A stretch of 64,000 nt of DNA from a virus: positions 22,602 through 86,601 of the IMG/VR virus record IMGVR_UViG_3300006076_000003. The stretch is one strand, 5' to 3'. Positions 8,029-17,536 of this stretch are shown one piece after another. Position 1 is the first letter of the stretch; every line of letters begins with the position of its first letter. Position numbers and translations under genes: made by a program. The notes under the pieces were generated by a model. The model was not told the DNA's origin, did no database searches, and worked only from the letters and a program-made list of their open reading frames with translations.

Positions 8029-8148
8029 CGTACCTTTTTAAAAGAGTTGGTCTCTTTTCTATTGAACAATTAAACTAACTACCCACCATTAAACATTCCT
8101 AAGAATGTTTAAAGATAGGTAAGCAGTTTTACAACATGCTTAGGTTGT
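8029..8148 (-). ncRNA. Structured intergenic cassette: pseudoknot A copy 3, long stem, hairpin/pseudoknot B
   Basis: 8120-8148 motif A; 8080-8121 stem; 8029-8058 motif B. Confidence 0.75.
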
Positions 8149-8153
8149 TGTTT

Positions 8154-8495
8154 TTATTTTTGTTTTTCAATCTCCTTTTTTAATTTTGCTAGTTTAAGCT
8201 CTCTTCTGAGAGCTTCCTCTTCCTCACGAGCTGTCTTCTCTTCTTCGCTCTCCTCTAACAGAGTAGAGAACCACTCTGCTGAGTTTTTAATATGTGTTGG
8301 TGTATTACCAACAAACTCAATTGTTCTATAAGTAGCCTCTGCAGTCAATGCTGCAGTTTTAGAAATTGACGCAGTAGAGTAAACTACCGCATCGTTTAAG
8401 TCAGCTAAAGGAGTTAATCCTTTATCTGCACAATTAGACTCTACTGAGTCAACTAAATCTTCAATAAACCATTTTGCTTTTGTGAATACTTTCAT
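8154..8495 (-). CDS. First early gene, hypothetical with C-terminal coiled coil (start revised to MKVFTK)
   Basis: AAGGAG RBS before 8495; the upstream extension in the ORF track crosses non-coding elements. Confidence 0.7.
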   Translation of the reverse strand: MKVFTKAKWFIEDLVDSVESNCADKGLTPLADLNDAVVYSTASISKTAALTAEATYRTIEFVGNTPTHIKNSAEWFSTLLEESEEEKTAREEEEALRRELKLAKLKKEIEKQK

Positions 8496-8516
8496 TGTAT
8501 TCTCCTTTAAATAAAT

Positions 8517-8544
8517 TAGCAGTTTTACTACTTGCTTAGGTAAA
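8517..8544 (-). ncRNA. Pseudoknot motif A, copy 4
   Basis: Minus strand UUAC-CUAAGCAA-GUAG-UAAAAC-UGCU. Confidence 0.65.
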
Positions 8545-8545
8545 A

Positions 8546-8959
8546 TTAGGTACTTCAACCACCATAGGGGGGGGGTATCCCCACTTGATTGGCGTTGGAT
8601 GCACCTAACTACACACCTCACTAAAAAGAAAGAAAAAACACCTATCACCAAACCTAAAAACTGCACACTGCAAACAATTTAACATCACATGCTAAAAAAT
8701 TTTTATTTTTATTACTACTACTATTATTATTAAGTTATAAAAAGAAATATATAAGTATTTAAAGAAAAGCCCCAGCGGCTCAGCTAAAAGGACGGGTGGG
8801 GTGTTAGGCAATTTTGTTATTGTTATGCTATAATCTACCAAAACTTAAAAATAGGCTTAAAAGTTATGTTATATTATATAGACTTTTTTTGTTTGCACTG
8901 CAATTCAACAAACAAATGCATACTAAAAGACAACATTATAAAATGTCCTTTATGCAACA
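8546..8959. other. Divergent non-coding region; probable genome terminus / terminal-repeat region
   Basis: Strand switch between first early gene and terS/terL, where N4 has its ends; G9 tract at 8567-8575; TGCTATAAT at about 8826-8834. Confidence 0.55.
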
Positions 8960-9865
8960 ATGTTATATATGAAAAAGGAAAAAACAATGGCAGAAAAAAA
9001 GAAGAAAAAAGAACCCCAATATGGGACGCCAGCAAGTAGGCGTGAGAAATATGAAAACAGAATTAAAGAACAAGTTGCTTTATATAAGCCACAGATTAGT
9101 CAATTAGGTAAAGTAGCATTATCAGATAAACCTGTTGATGTTGAAGAATTACATAAAAGGTTCCCTCGTTATAAGAAGTTAATCAACCCTGAACATTCAC
9201 GTTTGCTAAATGAGTTTATGAAAGAAAAAGATTTCAATATACAAATGTTTATGGATGAACTTGTTTATTACCAAGATGTTATGGGAGAAACTAAAACAAG
9301 TATGAAGAACTATATACTTGCTGTAAGATATGTTAGCTTTCTCCCTGTTTATAAATACAATAAGACACAAACATTTAAACGTGTGTTTCCAAATAATCCT
9401 AATGTACGCAAGTGTGAAGCTTGGCTTGCTGAAGATGGTAATAAAAGAGAAGATTGTATAGATTGTAAATTTGTTTCTGCAGAGGCATCAAAATATTCTA
9501 ATTCACCACTTGTACAAAAATTAATTGCTTTAAGTATGATGCCACTTGACTATATGTTAATGGGTGATCGTATTAAAATGTTAAATGTCCTAACTAAAGA
9601 AGCAATGACTGCTAAAACAAGTAGAGATAGAATTGCTGCTGCTGATAAATTCTTAACACATACAAAAACTATTGAAACAAATAAAATTACTATGGAAGAT
9701 AAAACAGGTAAAGAAATACAAAACAGTTTGCAGTCTATATTAGAAGAGAAACTTGCTGAATCTGTTAAGATGCAAAAACAAATGTTAGCTCAAGGTATGG
9801 GTATTGATGAAGTACAGAAGTTAGGGATAGAAATAACAGATGCTGAGGTAATAGAAGATGAGTGA
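8960..9865 (+). CDS. N4 gp69-like protein, putative terminase small subunit
   Basis: Directly upstream of terL; YILAVRYVS...ASKY..LVQK...AADKFLTH pattern. Confidence 0.7.
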   Translation: MLYMKKEKTMAEKKKKKEPQYGTPASRREKYENRIKEQVALYKPQISQLGKVALSDKPVDVEELHKRFPRYKKLINPEHSRLLNEFMKEKDFNIQMFMDELVYYQDVMGETKTSMKNYILAVRYVSFLPVYKYNKTQTFKRVFPNNPNVRKCEAWLAEDGNKREDCIDCKFVSAEASKYSNSPLVQKLIALSMMPLDYMLMGDRIKMLNVLTKEAMTAKTSRDRIAAADKFLTHTKTIETNKITMEDKTGKEIQNSLQSILEEKLAESVKMQKQMLAQGMGIDEVQKLGIEITDAEVIEDE

Positions 9866-11576
9866 ATATGAATATGTGCCTACACCATTTGATGCACACT
9901 TAGCTTTAGAAACAATTGATTATTCATTCCCGAATTATACACCAAGTGATGATGCTTTAGAATTTTTTAATTTAATGCGATTAGTAGAAGGTAAAGACTT
10001 TGAATACAATACACCTTTATTCCACTACTTTATAATTGATGCTATTTTTGGTCATGTCAAAGCAGAGAACTTCCCATATTCTGATGAAGTTAAAAAAACA
10101 ATACACCTCAATCAACGCCGTATAGCAATTGTTGCTACACGGGGGGGAGCTAAGAGTTCTGTTGTTACAAAGTTCTTACCTCTATATCTTGCTATTAAAG
10201 GTAGAATGCCTAAGAATAAACAAAAGATAAGATTTGTTATTGGTATTGCTGCTTCTGCAGAAGGTGGTGCAAGAGTTATTAGTAAAGCATTAGGTGCTAT
10301 GATTAATGAGTCTGAGTTTTGTCAAGAGTACTTTGAATCAATTCGTATTACAGAGTCAGAAGTAGAGCTTGTTAGAAAAGGTAAAGGTAGTGCTAAAAAT
10401 AGAACATTCCTCATGAGAAACATGGGATGGGCTGGAGGAATACGTGGTATCAGGGATTCCTATGGTGAAAGACCTGATATGGCATTACTAGATGACATCA
10501 TTCCCAACTCTGCTGCTGCTCATTCTGAAACACAGATGGATCAACTAAATACTATCGTACAATCTGATATTTTAAATGCTTTAATTGGTGGTAACAAAGG
10601 TTATGTTATATCTGTTGCTACACCATTCACAGAAAATGATGTTGTCTGGAAAACATTAACAAGTGGTGTTTATACTCCTTTGATATTCCCCATTTGTGAA
10701 AAGATTGATGAACATATGACACCTGATGAAATTGTTAGTATATGGCCTGCTATGCACCCCCCTCAAGCAATTTATGAGCAATACATTGCTGCTAAAATGA
10801 GTGGTAACTTACAATCATTTATGCAAGAACGTATGTTACGTATCACAAGTGAAGAAGATAGATTAATACCAGAACATATGCTATCTTGGTATGACAATAG
10901 AAATTTAATACTAAAAAATATACACAATTTTACTGTTATCATTACAACAGACTTTACTGCAGGTAATACTAAAAAAGGTGATTATTCAGGTATTGCTGTT
11001 TGGGCTATAAATGTTAATGATGATAAATTTTTAGTAGATTTGTTTTTACAAAAATGTACTATACAAGAACAATATGATGCTTTGTTTAATTTTGTACAAA
11101 AGTGGGGTACTGCTGGTACTACATTAGAAGTTGGTGTTGAGATAGATGGGCAACAACAATTAAACATTAATAGACTTGAAGCAATGATGATAGAGCGTAA
11201 TGTATGGTTTAGATTTGCAAGACAAAAAGGTAAACCTGCTTCACAAACTGGTATTAGAACAAGTGGTATGAAAAATAAGTTAGAAAGATTAAGAGCAACT
11301 ATACCAGATTTTGAAATGCATAGGATAAAGTTCCCAAGAGAATTACAAGATACAGCAGAAATGAAAGAATTATTGAGTGAAATTCGTAAAACAAATACAT
11401 CAATTATAACAAGTGTACATGATGATGGTTTAGATCTAATATCACAATTAATGTTAATTGATTATCCTAAAGCAAGTACTTCTATAAGTAGTCCTGATAC
11501 AATAGAAGGTTGGGACATTGACTCACTATCAAATGAAAATGATGAGGAGTATAGTAGAAGTTCAGTAATATTTTGA
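9858..11576 (+). CDS. terL: Terminase large subunit (N4 gp68-like)
   Basis: RGGAKS Walker A, GIRG..RPD.ALLDD Walker B, FMQE, TTDF, DYS, HDDGLD nuclease motifs. Confidence 0.95.
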   Translation: MSEYEYVPTPFDAHLALETIDYSFPNYTPSDDALEFFNLMRLVEGKDFEYNTPLFHYFIIDAIFGHVKAENFPYSDEVKKTIHLNQRRIAIVATRGGAKSSVVTKFLPLYLAIKGRMPKNKQKIRFVIGIAASAEGGARVISKALGAMINESEFCQEYFESIRITESEVELVRKGKGSAKNRTFLMRNMGWAGGIRGIRDSYGERPDMALLDDIIPNSAAAHSETQMDQLNTIVQSDILNALIGGNKGYVISVATPFTENDVVWKTLTSGVYTPLIFPICEKIDEHMTPDEIVSIWPAMHPPQAIYEQYIAAKMSGNLQSFMQERMLRITSEEDRLIPEHMLSWYDNRNLILKNIHNFTVIITTDFTAGNTKKGDYSGIAVWAINVNDDKFLVDLFLQKCTIQEQYDALFNFVQKWGTAGTTLEVGVEIDGQQQLNINRLEAMMIERNVWFRFARQKGKPASQTGIRTSGMKNKLERLRATIPDFEMHRIKFPRELQDTAEMKELLSEIRKTNTSIITSVHDDGLDLISQLMLIDYPKASTSISSPDTIEGWDIDSLSNENDEEYSRSSVIF

Positions 11577-11583
11577 TAATCCT

Positions 11584-11600
11584 AAAAATTTTTGTATAAT
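11584..11600 (+). promoter_or_regulatory. Host sigma70-type late promoter -10
   Basis: aaaaatttttgTATAAT in intergenic gap; similar intergenic TATAAT at about 22495, 27786 and 35153. Confidence 0.55.
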
Positions 11601-11632
11601 AGCTCTAAACTAATATGTTGGAGTTATGATTA

Positions 11633-12259
11633 ATGACATTAAATGAATTAATTACAATTCTTAAGAAATCTGAGTTAAAACAGCTTTCAATTGTGGACGA
11701 TAATGAAGCAATTGTTGGTTTGATTAATTTAGGTTTAATAGAGTTGTATAAACGTTTTCCTATAAAAACAAGAGAATTTTTAATTACTCCAGACGGTACA
11801 ACAACTACATTTACATTACCTGCTGATTGTATGTGGATTCTACAAGCATTTAGAGAGGCAGATAGTAATGAAAATAAACCAATAAATTTACCCATTAATG
11901 ATGATGAAAATCCTTTAAGTATTAATACTATTAGTTGGAATGAGGTTCAAATACCTTTAGCTGTTAAAGATGTAACAATTAGTATAATATACTCAGCAGC
12001 ACCAGTGCTATTTGTGTATGATGCCAATGACAATAGTTACTTAGATATTGAAATACCTTTACCAATGCAAATGATTGAGCCTTTGGTAGAATTTGTTGGT
12101 TATAAAGCAAATGCTACTGTATCAGATCCAACAAATATGGAAGATGATGTAAGATATAGAAGATTTGAAGCAAGCTGTGAAAGAGTTACATTGTTTAGTA
12201 TGTATAACACACAAGGACTTCAATTAACAAATAAATTCTACAATAGGGGATTTGCATAA
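11633..12259 (+). CDS. Head-tail adaptor (N4 gp67-like)
   Basis: INLGLIELYKRF, INDDENPLSI, C-terminal F.NRGF; synteny after terL. Confidence 0.8.
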   Translation: MTLNELITILKKSELKQLSIVDDNEAIVGLINLGLIELYKRFPIKTREFLITPDGTTTTFTLPADCMWILQAFREADSNENKPINLPINDDENPLSINTISWNEVQIPLAVKDVTISIIYSAAPVLFVYDANDNSYLDIEIPLPMQMIEPLVEFVGYKANATVSDPTNMEDDVRYRRFEASCERVTLFSMYNTQGLQLTNKFYNRGFA

Positions 12260-12657
12260 TGTATGCTTCAAGTTTAAATGCTAATGGCTTGCTTAGTAAA
12301 GAAATGCGTGATTTAGAGTCTAAGTATGATGTTATTAAAGCTGTTAAAGATAAATTACCAGATATTGATAAAATTAACTCTGAAGATATCGATGGGTTAA
12401 TAAATTCTTTAAATGATGCTAAAGACTTTACAGGTATTAATGTTGTTGCTGGTGATTCAGCTTCATTTGATCCTGATACTAAAACAATTACAGTTCCTAC
12501 TATTAAAGGTGATACTGGGCCTCAAGGACAAGCTGGTATAAATGGTAAAGATGGGATTGATGGTAGAAATGGCCTTGATGGTAAAACACCAATAATTGCC
12601 TTCAGTTATAATGCCACTACTGGTGATTTAGAATATGAGGTAACAGGATATGAATAA
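12259..12657 (+). CDS. Collagen-repeat tail/fibre protein
   Basis: Gly-X-Y run GDTGPQGQAGINGKDGIDGRNGLDGK. Confidence 0.75.
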   Translation: MYASSLNANGLLSKEMRDLESKYDVIKAVKDKLPDIDKINSEDIDGLINSLNDAKDFTGINVVAGDSASFDPDTKTITVPTIKGDTGPQGQAGINGKDGIDGRNGLDGKTPIIAFSYNATTGDLEYEVTGYE

Positions 12658-13970
12658 TGGCTAAACAAGCAATTACAAATTTAGATGATGTTGTAACTAC
12701 TTCAGTCAATAATAATGCAAAATTTGGTGAGAAGATGGCAGAAATTAATGATGCCAAGACTGATGTAATTAATACTGCTGACCAAAAGAAATTAGAAATA
12801 GAGGCATCTGGTAATGATGCTGTTGCACAAGCAACTGCAAAGGCAGATGAAGCTAATGCTTCTGCTCAAGAAGCTAATGATAAGCTAATACAAACTACTG
12901 ATTTAAGAGATGCTGTTGCTACTGATAGACTTGCTGTCTTACAAGCAAAAGCTGATACATTGACTGCACAAGATCAAACTAATATTTATAAAAATGATGT
13001 TGTTGATAAATATACTAAAATAGTTGCTATCGAGAGTAATGTAGAATCTATTGAAGATAATGTTGAAGCAATTAATTTAGAAGTAATACGTAATCGTGAT
13101 AGAGCTGAGAATGCTACTACATTAGTAACAACTAAGTATTTAGGCTCATTTGACACAGCTCCTACCAAAGACTATTATAATAACCCAATAAACGAAGGTG
13201 CTTTATATTGGGATAACACAACAGATAATTTAATGTTGTTTAGAAATAATGTATGGGTTGGACTTGATTTATCATCTGTACTACAAATTAAAAACAATTT
13301 AGCAGATTTAACTGATAAACAAGCAGCAAGAGATGTATTAGAGGTAGAAACAAGTAATCAATTAAACGATAGAGATACTGCTAATAGAGATAGAGCAAAT
13401 CATACTGGTACTCAAGATTATTCTACAATTACTGAAACAGACGATGTTAAACATTATGTTACTGCTGACAAAACAAAAGTAGACCATATAACTGTTGATA
13501 ATGAGGTTGATTTAGATAATGTTGTTGATAGAATTAGCACTATTGAAGATATGAAAGATACTGATGTTGATTTAGCAGCAAATAGTGATGATAAATATGC
13601 TACTCAAAAAGCAATTAAATCTTATGTTGATACTCAAATTGCTAACACAGTAGCAAGTGAAATGTCCTATAAAGGTGGTTATGATGCTGACGCTAATTCA
13701 CCAAATTTAGATGATAATCCTGATACAGGTACTATTGCTAAAGGTGACATGTATACTGTAACTGTTGCTGGTGTATTTTACTCAATTGATGTTGCAGTCG
13801 GTGATGTATTAATTGCTAATGTAGATGATGCTGATAGTGAATCTGATTGGACTATTGTTAATAGAAATATACTTGAAGTGGCTACTGAAATAAATGTTGA
13901 TACAAGCGGTAATCTAACTGAAGCAAATGTGCAAGCTGAGTTAGAAAAAATTGAAAAAGGAGATTGGTAA
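12657..13970 (+). CDS. Tail fibre protein
   Basis: Coiled-coil N-terminus, YLG...GALYW, NNLADL, RANHTGTQ, YKGGYDA..N.P fibre motifs. Confidence 0.8.
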   Translation: MAKQAITNLDDVVTTSVNNNAKFGEKMAEINDAKTDVINTADQKKLEIEASGNDAVAQATAKADEANASAQEANDKLIQTTDLRDAVATDRLAVLQAKADTLTAQDQTNIYKNDVVDKYTKIVAIESNVESIEDNVEAINLEVIRNRDRAENATTLVTTKYLGSFDTAPTKDYYNNPINEGALYWDNTTDNLMLFRNNVWVGLDLSSVLQIKNNLADLTDKQAARDVLEVETSNQLNDRDTANRDRANHTGTQDYSTITETDDVKHYVTADKTKVDHITVDNEVDLDNVVDRISTIEDMKDTDVDLAANSDDKYATQKAIKSYVDTQIANTVASEMSYKGGYDADANSPNLDDNPDTGTIAKGDMYTVTVAGVFYSIDVAVGDVLIANVDDADSESDWTIVNRNILEVATEINVDTSGNLTEANVQAELEKIEKGDW

Positions 13971-14377
13971 TGGCTGGTATAGCTAAAGTAGTACCAAGTG
14001 GTTCAAAACCATCACAACCTCTATTAGAAAAAGAGATTGGTTATGATACAGATGGTAATGAATTATATATTGGTAGCGGAAGTGGTACAGCAGATGGTAA
14101 CACAGATGCTATTGATGCTAATGAAGTAAGAGTTACGAGAAATAAAGAATTAAATGAGTTAACTGATAGAGTTGAAGATTTAAAAACAGAGTCAGCATCT
14201 GCCACTGCTGATGGTGATGAAACAACCATTGATATTAAAAATAGAGATAACTCACCTTTATCAATTTATTTAAATGGTATTTTAAATAATGAAACTTTAA
14301 AAAGTAGAACAACAACATCAGTTACTGTTAATACAAGTGATGGTGATGAAGTTTATGTTGTTGCACATAATGGATAG
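13970..14377 (+). CDS. Small tail-fibre-associated protein (Mtd N-terminal-like)
   Basis: LLEKEIGYDTDGNELYIG motif; coupled start. Confidence 0.65.
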   Translation: MAGIAKVVPSGSKPSQPLLEKEIGYDTDGNELYIGSGSGTADGNTDAIDANEVRVTRNKELNELTDRVEDLKTESASATADGDETTIDIKNRDNSPLSIYLNGILNNETLKSRTTTSVTVNTSDGDEVYVVAHNG

Positions 14378-14385
14378 GAGATAAT

Positions 14386-17300
14386 ATGGGATTTGTTCGT
14401 AAGCCAATTTATGAGTTTAAAGATGAAACAAGCACAGGTTTAGATAAAGTACCAAATGGTAGTAAAGTTGTACTTAAAGACAGTGGTAAAGAATTTATTA
14501 AAAATGATGTTAATAAAATAATTACACCTTCACATACTGTTGCTGAAGTACTGTATGGATCATCTACAAAAGATTTATTATTTAATGAACAGTATAACAA
14601 ATTAAAAGAATTTGTAAGTGCTAATTATAACGGTATAAGTGGATTTGTTGATAAAGAGGTAGATTTAGAAATTAGTGAAACAAATGCAATAGTGGGGTTA
14701 AAAAATAGATTTGCTAAATTTGGTGATGAGATTGTTGATTTGTATGGACCAGAGTTGGTTACTAATGGTGACTTTAGTGATGGACCTACTGGATGGACTT
14801 TACCTGAAAATGTTATATTGGATAATGAAAAATTATATGTCTATAACGCTGCACATGGTGCTAATATTGACAGTACTGCTCAACTAATTGCCGGAAAAAC
14901 TTATCTCGTTAAGTTCAATCTCCTTAATATAACGGGCGGTGGTATTACTTTTTATACATATGGTGGTGCATCTGACAAACAAGGGACAAAGTATTCTTCT
15001 GAAGGTGAAATTGAGATTATTTGTAATGTTACGCAATCTGGAACTTTAAGATTGCAAGTTGATGCTGTTAATTTTGGTACTCCTAATATGTATTTGGATA
15101 AAGTTTCAGTCCGTGAAATTAAATCAATAGACCTAACACCCCAAATTCCAGAAGTTCAAACTATTGGTTCTACATCATTAACAGTAACTAATTCTACAAT
15201 TTCTCACCATCCAGTTAGACAAGTAGATACTATATCTGCTATTGATGTGCAAGATAGTACTGATTATACAGTTACAATTGCTGGAACTGATTACACATAT
15301 ACAAGTGACTCAGATGCTACATTAACTGAAATTCAAGATGGAATTATAGCTGCTTTACCAAGTTCTTGTACGGGTTCAGTAAGTGGAGATGATGTAGTTG
15401 TAAGTGCGGCAACAGTTTGTGATGGGTATGATATTTCAGTTTCTTCAAATATGACACTAACTAATACAACTGCAAATGTTGATTGTATTAATGTTGACTC
15501 AGTTGTTGGAACTAATGCTATTATACCTGCACACAACAACGGACACCAAACTAAAATTATTGCAAGAGTTAAATCTTCAACCAATGGTATGGAAGTACAG
15601 ATTTTAGATAAGTCTGATAGTAACAATGTTATTAGAACACAATCATTAGATGCTTTTGAAAATGATAAAACATTAACATTTTGGGTACCAAGTAATGCTG
15701 ATGGTTATGAAGTTAAAGCTATTAAAAGAGTTAATGACGGTGCTGGAGATGAAAGTGTTGTAGTTAGTGCTTTTGGCTTTGAAGATTTAGTTACTACTGA
15801 TTTAGTAGAGTCTGGAGATTATGCTGTAATTGATAAAGAAGAATTAGTTGTTAACGGAACTTTTGATGTTAATGTTGATGGATGGACTATAGTAGGAGAA
15901 AATTGTTCTTTTTCACAAGAGAATGGAAAAGCTAAAGTAGTTGTAGGTTCAGAGGGAGATGGGGATTATAATGGTTTTAAAGGTATATTCTCTGTAAAAG
16001 AAAATACAAAATACCTTATAAAAATTAGTTGCGAGACTAATAAAGAAATCTATACACATATAAGGTTTTTTAATGATGATGGTGCTACGGTTTCACCAGA
16101 TGCTTCTTTTATACCTACAATAACTGAAAATGCTGTTTTACAAAAGACTATTATTATACCTAGTGGTGCTACTAAGATAAGGATACAACCACAAACAAAT
16201 CATAGTTATGATTTTACTTTTTATATTGACAACATCTCCGTAACACCAGTCAACGACATTTTTAGAGCAACAGAAGATATTCCAGCTGGTACATCAGTTT
16301 ATGACAGTAGATTTGAGACAAGAGAATACATCAGTAACCAAAACTTAGTTACTCTTAAAAAAGAAAACAATGTTGTATCAATGCACAGTGAAGTATTGTT
16401 TGAAGACGCTTATCCAGAAACTACACAAAAACAAATGATGTTAGCTAATGGTTTTGTTGAGAAAGAAGTTGGTTTATACACTAAAGATGGTGCTGAACAC
16501 TTGGTTGTTGGGTTGTGGCAAGGATTGAATAAAGGTGCTTATCACGAAATCTTTAATAAATTTGGCACTGTACTTAGTGCAAGAGTTATAAATAATTTAG
16601 TAGCTTCAAGAGAAAATTGGTACAGTAGTTATATACCAACTTTTAACAGTATTAAAGATACATTTGGACCTATTAAAGTTTGGCATAATATAGCTAACCC
16701 AACTATTAATTATAGATGGAAGGATACCTATTTAACTGGTTCAATACTAAATGGATTAAGTGGTAGACCAGACGCAAAATTCTACGACGTAGTTTACAAA
16801 AACGACTTCATAAAAAAATTTAATAGCATTCAACCTGATACAGTACAAGATAAACAAAAACGTAGTAATGCGATTAAGAATGGTACTTATGAAGGTGTTA
16901 GTGGGTTAGTTAGTACAACTCAAATTATACTTAATTTAATGTCAAGTGGTATAGATTCTAATAATAATTATTGGTATTTTGATGATATGCTTAATGATAT
17001 AAATTATAAATTAGATATATCTATACCTGATACATCAAGTTCAAAATATTTATCCTCTTATTTATCAGTAAAGGAACGTGTATTTGTATTAATAAATGAT
17101 TCTGTCTATACTGATATACGATTTTATAATAAAGTTATGTATATAGATTGTGACAGTACCGCAACTGAAAATCAAAAAGTAACTATATTATATACAAACG
17201 AACTTCCAATTCTCTCAACAACCTCACACCTAACAACAGACTTAATAGGTGACCCTTCACCTTTCTCAGCTACAAGTGGAATAGATATTGTTTTAACAGG

Positions 17301-17523
17301 TGACGGACAAGATGTAGCTGATGGACAAATAGTTTGGCAACCAAGTGATGGATTTGCTTATAAAAATATTTCTGGAGATACAATTACAGGTGTAACTGAT
17401 GGAGATATTACAAGTCCTGGTAGTTGGCAAAGAATGTTTAAAGGATACCCGTCTTCATGGATTTCAAGATTAGCCTCTGGATTACCTCTTATTGGTATAA
17501 ATGTAAATCTCGTTGAAAATTAA
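14386..17523 (+). CDS. Tail/receptor-binding protein, N-terminal part (two CBM-like domains)
   Basis: ELVTNGDFS and ELVVNGTFD carbohydrate-binding-like starts; NKGAYH..FN.FG, SGRPDAKFYD motifs. Confidence 0.8.
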   Translation: MGFVRKPIYEFKDETSTGLDKVPNGSKVVLKDSGKEFIKNDVNKIITPSHTVAEVLYGSSTKDLLFNEQYNKLKEFVSANYNGISGFVDKEVDLEISETNAIVGLKNRFAKFGDEIVDLYGPELVTNGDFSDGPTGWTLPENVILDNEKLYVYNAAHGANIDSTAQLIAGKTYLVKFNLLNITGGGITFYTYGGASDKQGTKYSSEGEIEIICNVTQSGTLRLQVDAVNFGTPNMYLDKVSVREIKSIDLTPQIPEVQTIGSTSLTVTNSTISHHPVRQVDTISAIDVQDSTDYTVTIAGTDYTYTSDSDATLTEIQDGIIAALPSSCTGSVSGDDVVVSAATVCDGYDISVSSNMTLTNTTANVDCINVDSVVGTNAIIPAHNNGHQTKIIARVKSSTNGMEVQILDKSDSNNVIRTQSLDAFENDKTLTFWVPSNADGYEVKAIKRVNDGAGDESVVVSAFGFEDLVTTDLVESGDYAVIDKEELVVNGTFDVNVDGWTIVGENCSFSQENGKAKVVVGSEGDGDYNGFKGIFSVKENTKYLIKISCETNKEIYTHIRFFNDDGATVSPDASFIPTITENAVLQKTIIIPSGATKIRIQPQTNHSYDFTFYIDNISVTPVNDIFRATEDIPAGTSVYDSRFETREYISNQNLVTLKKENNVVSMHSEVLFEDAYPETTQKQMMLANGFVEKEVGLYTKDGAEHLVVGLWQGLNKGAYHEIFNKFGTVLSARVINNLVASRENWYSSYIPTFNSIKDTFGPIKVWHNIANPTINYRWKDTYLTGSILNGLSGRPDAKFYDVVYKNDFIKKFNSIQPDTVQDKQKRSNAIKNGTYEGVSGLVSTTQIILNLMSSGIDSNNNYWYFDDMLNDINYKLDISIPDTSSSKYLSSYLSVKERVFVLINDSVYTDIRFYNKVMYIDCDSTATENQKVTILYTNELPILSTTSHLTTDLIGDPSPFSATSGIDIVLTGDGQDVADGQIVWQPSDGFAYKNISGDTITGVTDGDITSPGSWQRMFKGYPSSWISRLASGLPLIGINVNLVEN

Positions 17524-17536
17524 AGGGGTATATGCT

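Noticed and set aside
10141-10147. G7 tract in terL as a phase-variation site
   Set aside because: Encodes the conserved R-G-G of Walker A in an essential gene; frame intact.
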